The position numbers were made by a program, and so were the translations under genes. Shown in pieces: positions 13,001-20,000 of a stretch of DNA of 20,000 nucleotides. Origin of the DNA: Paramecium tetraurelia. Lineage: Eukaryota. The stretch is taken from assembly GCA_000165425.1 (NCBI GenBank), contig CT868318.1, positions 183,246-203,245 on the forward strand. The letters are read 5' to 3'. Position 1 is the first letter of the stretch; every line of letters begins with the position of its first letter. The notes under the pieces are model-generated. The model made no database searches. It saw only the letters and a list, made by a program, of their open reading frames with translations, and was not told the DNA's origin.

Positions 13001-14440
13001 TTAACTACTAGCTTTTCATGCGATTAAGTTTTTGAAGTCACTTAAGCAACTTGCAAACTTGTCAAAACATCTTGTATTTACAATTAAGAATTAAAAAAAT
13101 GTACTTCCGAATTCAATATTAATTCCTTGCTTTGTGATTCACCAGGATTAAGTCAATCAGCATGCACTTCAATTCTAAGAGAACCTTGCATTTTTATTGA
13201 TGGTTAATGTTAAGTATTACCCTCCAATTATACATGCGAATAAGCTAGAAATGTGAATGAATTAGGATGTGCAACATTAGAAGATTCCTGCTCATATGAC
13301 ATTCTTAATAAAAAATGCAAGACAGTAACTAATTCATTGGTATGTTAAACTTCTGGACTCTCAAAATCTGCATGTTTATTAAATTCCTCCTGTATTTTTA
13401 ATGCAGATTATATGCAATGCTAATGTAGTGTGGTTGCAACTCCCAGTGTTTGTGCAAATAAGAATTAAATTTAGTGTGTTTAAGAATAATTATGTATGTT
13501 TGATAATAAGTATAATTCTTGCAGAAGAGTACGTTGTGAAGATTTAGGTTAGAGTGAATGCAAGTATTCCAAACTAAATATGGTTTGCTTTTTAAATAAT
13601 GGTGTTTGCCAAAGTGCAAGTCAATGCGAAGATATTATAAATGTTGACCATTCAATTTGCAGTTCAATTGAGTTTCTATCTGGTGAGAAATGTATTGGTA
13701 TTAATTCTAGATGTTTAAATGAAAAAAACTATGATCTTTATTGTTAATTATCAGATTGCTCTAGTAATTTCTGTAAGAAATCTAATATTTGTGAAGCATT
13801 AAAATGTTCTGATTTGACTAATTGTAATTAACTAGGAAATAAATGCGTATTGTCAGGGGATCAATGTGTAGATAATATAAGTTGCTAATAATTAAGCTCA
13901 TCCTAATGTATTCAAATTCAATTGTATAACGCATAAACATGTGTAATTCAACAATAGAATATATATTAGGATGAATTTATTTGCACATCTTAAGTTTGTG
14001 CACTATTTGGATCTTCTAATCTTTGTAATGGAAATTAATTCAATAATTTTACTTGCCTATTGAAAGATTCTCAATGTTTACCATGTGAATTTATTGTGGA
14101 TCCATGTACATGTTCCTAAGCAAAGAACATTTGTGAATGGAAAAAAGATAGCTGCGCATCAGTATCCTGCACTTCCTTTTTAACCACCGATATCTGTAAT
14201 GAAATAACAAGATGTTCATGGAGTTAGTATTATAATAGTTGTCAATTACATTGCAATTTAGTAATTTCTTAAGAAGATTGTAATGCTAGGCAAGATGAAT
14301 GCTATTATGATTTAGCAAATAATGTTTGTCAAGTGGGATCTTATACTTCTCCAGATTTAAGCGTTAATATTAAAATATCGACAATAAGTGAATTGATAAT
14401 TGTAGCAGCCAATGCATTATTGATATTTTATTTTATTTGA
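7091..14440 (+). CDS. Large cysteine-rich repeat surface protein, paralogue B (~2418 aa; exons 7091-7220, 7247-7366, 7392-7607, 7628-7849, 7872-14440; code 6); signal peptide and probable GPI anchor
   Basis: ATG 7091 gives signal-peptide-like MTHSYRFVLNIFLILFSLSQVQC-ADRC. Four GT..AG micro-introns restore the frame, and the spliced length 7257 is divisible by 3. Same 4-Cys repeats as paralogue A (CDDQGIKKEVCLGLSDQPCKWSNGVC; CDSPGLSQSACTSILREPCIFIDGQC). Ends DLSVNIKISTISELIIVAANALLIFYFI* at TGA 14438-14440. Confidence 0.92.
7221..7246 (+). other. Micro-intron 1 of paralogue B (26 nt, phase 1)
   Basis: gtatatatattttatataattaacag. Splicing gives CAA T|GC ATT TGG (QCIW). Confidence 0.88.
7367..7391 (+). 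other. Micro-intron 2 of paralogue B (25 nt, phase 1)
   Basis: gtatgcaataaatgttttctcttag. Splicing gives AAA T|GT ATT TTT (KCIF). Confidence 0.85.
7608..7627 (+). other. Micro-intron 3 of paralogue B (20 nt, phase 1)
   Basis: gtacacttgtatctaattag. Needed to reach the frame encoding YFQWY, which is conserved with paralogue A. Confidence 0.75.
7850..7871 (+). other. Micro-intron 4 of paralogue B (22 nt, phase 1)
   Basis: gtattaaataattttaacatag. Splicing gives AAT T|TG AAA ATT AGT GAC (NLKISD); the position is conserved with intron 101-129. Confidence 0.88.
10588..11876 (+). repeat. Direct repeat copy 2: near-identical block shared with 2891-4179
   Basis: Matches copy 1 at offset 7697, in the same reading frame and at the equivalent position of the paralogous protein. 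Confidence 0.95.
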
Positions 14441-14922
14441 AAATTCATTTATGATTTAATTTTGATATTATTTACCAAACCTATTCAAATGAATAAGGAA
14501 ATTTAAGTGTCAATTAGAGAGATGATTTAATTAGGAATTTATAAATCTCTACAAAACATTACATTTTTATTTATAAAAGTAAAATTGCAAGTATCTATCA
14601 GTATATAATCAAACATCAACAATAAACTAATACTAATTTATATTTTGATATCATAATTTATCTTTAAATGAAAATTATATTGTTCGTTGTGTTTTTTTAT
14701 AGAAAATACTCTTAAATTAAATAATAAAAGAATAATTTTTAATAGTCTTTCAAATTTCATAGAGAGGTTTCCTTTGATTTAATTTTTTCACTACAGAACA
14801 AATTATATTCATTGCCTGGGACATTAAAATTTAACGGTGTTTTACTATTTACTCTCAGTGTGTTTCCATAAAATAATAAATTATTTGAGATTTAATTTTT
14901 TAATATATTTCAATATACAAGG

Positions 14923-16006
14923 ATGAATAAAAATAAATAAGTAACTCTGATTATTAGATCCGGAGAATATTTTATTTATAACTCCTAAGAATTTGATTTC
15001 TTTAAGATTAGTTATTGCCCTGAATTCGATCCGAATGATTTTTTCGCTGCAGCTCGACTATTGTATTAAATGGCATATTCAACTTAAATTTAAAATCTAG
15101 AATAATATGTGGAAATATTGTATAAGAATGAATATAAAGAGTTGCTTAAAGTTGTTATTCAAGGAGAAATAATCAAATCAACCAAAGATGAAAAAATTAT
15201 TTTGATTGAATATTCTTTAGATTTAGGATTTAAATCTGATATTGTACCTCATATATTATCAGGAAAAGAAAAATAATAGTAATAGAGAAAAAGATTTGCT
15301 TTACTTATTACAGAGCCCTAATATTATCTTAAATATGTAAATATCATGGAGGCTTTGCATTTAGGAATCTATAAAGAAGTAAATGAAGATTGGGAAGTTT
15401 ATTTAGTATTAATTTTTGTAATGTTAGGCAATAGAAAATTAATATCCAGATTTAGAAAACTTAGAAGGTATTGTCATTACAGGCTCTACTAGTACAGCAT
15501 TCGACATGTCAGAGAATTGGAAAGAGCCCCTGGTTAATTTTTTAAGAGAAGCTGATAAACGCTAAATAAAAATGGTGGGAATATGTTTTGGTCATTAAAT
15601 TTTGGCTCATTGTTTAGGAGGAGAAGCAAGGAAAATGACTTTTGTACCTCATATGTAAGTTGGTAGGTTAGCTTTACTAACAGGTTTGAACTTTGGAGAA
15701 TTTCAGATAAAAAATCTAAATGTATATTAAATTCATGGAGATTATGTTTTTGAACTTCCAAAAGACTCTGAGTTATTAATGAGTGCACCACATTGTTAGA
15801 ATTATGCTTTTAAAAGTAACCATTTACTAGGATTATAATTTCATCCAGAATTTAATCCAATTATTTTAATATATTTTTTTTGGGATTTAGAAAATGAAAA
15901 TTTGAAAGAAGTTTATCTAAAAGAATGCTATGAAAGCTTTCAAAAAGGAGAAGATAATTAATTTGCAATTTGGGAATATATATTAAATTTTTTGAAAAAT
16001 AAATGA
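14923..16006 (+). CDS. Class I glutamine amidotransferase-like protein (GATase1; stand-alone, gamma-glutamyl peptidase / GMP-synthase glutaminase-like), ~353 aa; exons 14923-15405, 15428-16006
   Basis: Code-6 translation shows GIVITGSTSTAFD, the nucleophile elbow GICFGHQILAHCLGG, QIHGDYVFELP and GLQFHPEF, so the Cys-His-Glu triad is intact. One 22-nt intron gtattaatttttgtaatgttag (15406-15427). TGA at 16004-16006. Confidence 0.9.
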
Positions 16007-16471
16007 GAATATTAATCTGATTTATGAGTTAATATATTCTATTAGTATCAGATTATATAGAGATTATTTATCTTATTACTTTTTATCATAATATTATAAA
16101 AGTCATTCTTAAAATACAATAAATTAATTCCTAGTAGTAAAAATTAAATCTTAAATATTGAGACAAAATCATCAAAAAACTTTATTTATTACTGCAATAA
16201 ATTTTATTTAAGAGAAGTTTGATTAATTATTAAACCTATAATTGTAATATTATGTTATAATCATCAATCAGGCTTTAATTTTGGCTTAACCTAAATATAA
16301 TTCTTAACGCTATAATATAAGAATTTAAGGTTTAATTAATTATCAAGCAATTTATTAATAAATAATTATAAATAGTAATATATATAGAGAAGTAATAAAA
16401 TATATTCATAACTTTTGGAATTCAATGAATAATAGCAAATTTAAAGTTTATACATAAAATTTCTAAGATAA

Positions 16472-18458
16472 TCACTTTTAAAATAGACTCTCTTGAATGC
16501 GAGATAGAAAAGATTTTCTAGTTTTTATTTATTCTGGTGCCGTTCGTTTGGCTGTTTAGTCTATAGATTTTAATATGGAATAGTTCTTTTCTTTGATAAT
16601 CTTGGATATTTAAGATTATTCGATTTATGGTTCACGATTAGTAGTAGGAGCCTTCGATAGATTTAATTCATAATCTGACACCAATGCTTTAAGATTCTAT
16701 ATTGTTAATACTTTAAAAATTTACCATCAATTCTCCTTCATTGTGCATTGATTTCTATTTTATGATTTAATGCATCTAAACTCTGATTTTCTATTCAATA
16801 TCTTACGACCCTTAAATAAGTAATCTAGCAGAATTGACCCCTTCTAAATGTTCCTATTCTTTGGATATGCCTGAAGTAATTTTCATTATATTTTAATTAG
16901 TTGCTACTTTTTGATGTGTGTATTTTTGAAACTTTAACAATTTTTTACCCACAATAAAATCTGATTAGCAAACCTTATCTAATTCTTCTTAAGATGATAT
17001 TTGTTATCTTAATGATTTTAGAGATTTAATCTAAACTTCATTATCAAAAGAGGAAAGCACTTTTTATTGATAGTAGAGATCCAATTCCTTTTTTGCTTTT
17101 AAAGAAGAAAATGATTCTATTTCTCTTTTTGGAAATCTCTTTAAAATTATATCTATATCAGATGTAAATTTAAATGAATTAGTTTTAGTGTGATGTACTG
17201 TAGCACTTGACTTGTGAGAATGTTGAGGTGATTGATGCACAGAAGTTAATTTACTTAGTTTGAACTCATCTACAGAATTGAATGTTTTGCATTTCTCATG
17301 TTGACGAGGTGTATGAATATTTGATTGGATTGTTGTTTCTTATTCTGTGAGTCGAGATTAATGTTATTTTTTATAATTGATATCCTCTTGTTATGAAAGG
17401 ATAGAATACAGTTAGCAATTTACCTCTTTATTAAATTTCTTAAAGAATTTATCATTTGTAATTGTCCAATAATCATTTTTTTATGTGTTATCCTAATTAA
17501 TGTTGGATTAAGGAAATATAGGAGCAAGTACTTGGTTAATTTCCTTAATTTCTATCATAAATGTTCTATACTAAAAGTTATGATAATATACAATACTTAA
17601 TTTTGTTGTAAACGATACTATTCCTCTAAAATGGTTGCTAATCCTTAATTATCAATTAATTCTGATAACCAAATTGCCACTCTATAAGTTTCGAATAATT
17701 TATTATAGTCGGACTGCAATTCATAAACAAATGTCATGATATATAATGTTGTTATAATCCAAGAGATCACCCTTGAATACTTATCAGATAGCTTTTTCAA
17801 ATGAAAATCTTCAGCTATTATATCAGCAAGCAAAGTTTGGCATTGCCCAATGGCCTCTTTATAGTAGAATATAGCAGAATCGAATAATTTAAATTGGCTA
17901 TGGAGATGCCCAACCTACAAATTGTATTGAAACTTAGTTTTATTAAATCGAGCATCCTAAAAATATATCTCAGGTTTCCAAAACAACATGCAACGAACAT
18001 CTTCATGGAATTTAGATAGTTAGTAAATTAATAGATGAATTTAGGAGATTCGATAGAGTATTTCTTTTAGATAAAATATTTCTATTAAATAAGGTATAAT
18101 TTAGTACTATATTCTTTTGCTTAATTCTCCAGCAATTCAAAGTAAAACATAATAAATTACTATAACTTTCTCAATAAATGTAATTAGTTTTCATGTCTAA
18201 ATCCATCCCTTGATTGAGATAAGAGAATTTTGATTAGGCAAACGATTCCTCTTCTTAATAATTGCAAACGAATGCGCCATCCTGTTTACATAATCAAAGA
18301 TCTTTCAAATTCTTTATTAATTCGTTAAAAAGCAATCCTGTACTTGCCAGAACCTTAGGATTGAGATTTAAAATACGAATTGTTTGAGTTATTTCAATAA
18401 TTTGGTTTTGGAAATGGTTTTCTTATATAATTGTTAACTGCTTGGCATGACTCCTCAT
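16472..18458 (-). CDS. Hypothetical protein (~624 aa) with helical/TPR-like N-terminal half and a Ser/Lys/Gln-rich C-terminal half; predicted introns 18312-18343, 18082-18107, 17571-17596, 16697-16724
   Basis: The code-6 minus-strand frame is restored by four GT..AG micro-introns (32, 26, 26, 28 nt), and the spliced length 1875 is divisible by 3. TPR-like stretch YNLQVGHLHSQFKLFDSAIFYYKEAIGQC; includes track ORF 17645-17833; ends RIQESLFQK*. The start codon and first intron (ends AAG) are less certain. Confidence 0.75.
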
Positions 18459-19259
18459 TATATTAAATAATAATCATTTATTTATAATGTAGAGAATATT
18501 TCAATATTGATGCAATTAATCAAAGATGTTTAATTGATCTCAGTCACTTTATTGATACTATCTTGTATGTCATACATTTTAGATATTCAAATTATTATAT
18601 TTTGCATATTTTAATCAACTGTTTCAATTTATAATGAGTATTTTAATATTCAGCATTTCATATTAATATATTTCATAAATACTTGACAAAGAAATTTAAC
18701 ATAATTATTATCCTATCTTAACATCCCTTGAAGTGCAATCCTATTTTGTGTTTGCTTTGCATTATAAACTTTGAAGATTCCCTTTATGAATAAAGTATAT
18801 AAATTTTAATAATCAATTAAAATAAGGTCAACCAATTTTTTTTAAATAATAAATTATGATATTAATATTTATATTGTCAATATTTGGATTGCTACTGTAT
18901 AAATTTTCTTGCCAAGATATAATTCTTGCACAAATTTTATCTTTTCTTACTCTAGATTCAGGCATTACATCCTCAATATAGATACTTTTTAATATTAAAT
19001 TATAAATTAGAATCTATAGTTTTAAATTTTAGAATTTATCTTTATCAGATAACATAACATTAAAATATGTAAACTTAAGAACACTTTTAACTATATTACA
19101 ATAATAGTTTGATAATTTTAATTAATATGTATATGGTGATACATTTCCATAAAAACGCATTTATTATTATTTCTCAATTTACAATATGACTCTGTAAATT
19201 AGATAATATCTATTTGTTTATGATATTTTTAGAGTTTTATAGTTTTTAATTAAATTTCA

Positions 19260-20000
19260 ATGCTATCCATTCGGGCATAGAGAACAAAGAAGATTATGTA
19301 AGTTCAAGGGGAAGTTGGACAACACAAAGGTTATACTGCTATAAAAATAGCTGGAAATGCTCATGAATTGATTAGAAAAAATAAATCAGCCACAGATAAT
19401 ATTGGTGAACTAGCTATACAAGATGTGACTAAGAAATTGTTGAATGACTAATTCAATTCAATCAAGAGTTATGACATAGCGAGGGGTGAAGAAAAGCCTG
19501 GTCAATAATTTAAGTCGATGCATAGTATGTACGACTTGTAAACATTGAAAATTACAAAATTGTATAAGAAAAAGGAAAGAAATGACCTTGAGAAACAAAT
19601 CAGAAATAGATTAGCAAAAGATCCTGAAAAACAACTCTTACTCTCAGAGATATATGAATAATTGGAGGATAATTCAGATGGAGAGGTCCTAAAAAAGAAA
19701 CAAAAAAATAGAGAAGAATCTTTGGCTACTTAATAAGAAGTGTATGACGAAGCACAAGATTAAACAGCTGATCTTACACAATGGACTAAAAGGTTAAAAG
19801 ATCAAAGGAAAAAAGAGGAAAGCAAAAAAGAAAATATGAGTACTAATATAGTTCCCTTTAAGAAACAAATAAAGAGCATCAACTGAGATTAAGAAGCCCA
19901 ATTTCATTCTAACAATCAATGAAGTAATTACCTCTTGATAGACAAAACTCAATATTAAATTTCAGTCCCTCCTTCCAACACACCTAGGTCCTTCAAGGAT
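19260..20000 (+). CDS. Hypothetical Lys/Glu-rich, probably coiled-coil protein; 3' structure uncertain
   Basis: ATG 19260 opens MLSIRAQRTKKIMQVQGEVGQHKGYTAIKIAGNAHELIRK...KKERNDLEKQIRNRLAKDPEKQLLLSEIYEQLED...KDQRKKEESKKENM. It either stops at TGA 19884-19886 (~208 aa) or, with a 23-nt intron gtactaatatagttccctttaag (19840-19862), runs past the window end. Confidence 0.75.

Noticed and set aside
1..14440. Pseudogenes riddled with stops, or a stop-recoded phage or bacterial locus
   Set aside because: Both TAA and TAG behave as Gln, the frames end at TGA after sensible C-termini, and spliceosomal GT..AG micro-introns are present. No prokaryotic signals were seen.
466..15791. Short ORFs of the supplied six-frame track
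   Set aside because: Computed with TAA/TAG as stops. They are off-frame or antisense shadows of the long code-6 genes. In the whole track only 17645-17833 coincides with a real frame.
17818..18006. Track ORF MKMFVACCFGNLRY... as part of the minus-strand gene
   Set aside because: That frame hits TGA soon after. The frame reached via intron 18082-18107 stays open and gives a TPR-like sequence.
18856..19371. Plus-strand TGA-free ORF with hydrophobic start (MILIFILSIFGLLLYKF...)
   Set aside because: Composition is the I/L/F/Y/N bias expected from AT-rich non-coding DNA, and it overlaps the better-supported 19260 gene out of frame.
1..20000. Retained IESs, telomeric repeats, tRNA/rRNA/snoRNA, CRISPR arrays
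   Set aside because: All frame interruptions are explained by GT..AG introns rather than TA-bounded inserts. No G3T3/G4T2 tracts, cloverleafs, paired C/D boxes or repeat-spacer arrays were seen. Small ncRNAs in the spacers cannot be excluded without a covariance search.

Overview
AT-rich eukaryotic DNA that uses the ciliate nuclear code (translation table 6: TAA/TAG=Gln, only TGA=stop) and has tiny 20-32 nt GT..AG introns. This combination points to a Paramecium-type macronuclear chromosome, so the supplied standard-code ORF track is mostly noise. Re-read in code 6, the window holds five genes. Two are tandem, same-strand paralogues encoding very large Cys-repeat surface proteins with GPI-like tails (<1-6731, 5' end outside the window; 7091-14440, ~2418 aa). 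The others are a class I glutamine amidotransferase-like gene (14923-16006), a minus-strand gene with a TPR-like segment (16472-18458) and a charged, probably coiled-coil gene (from 19260). The most notable signal is a ~1.29 kb indel-free, ~90-95% identical, mosaic block shared by the middles of the two otherwise diverged surface-protein genes, which looks like ectopic gene conversion. The second paralogue also has a repeat-aligned, all-phase-1 micro-intron architecture at its 5' end.
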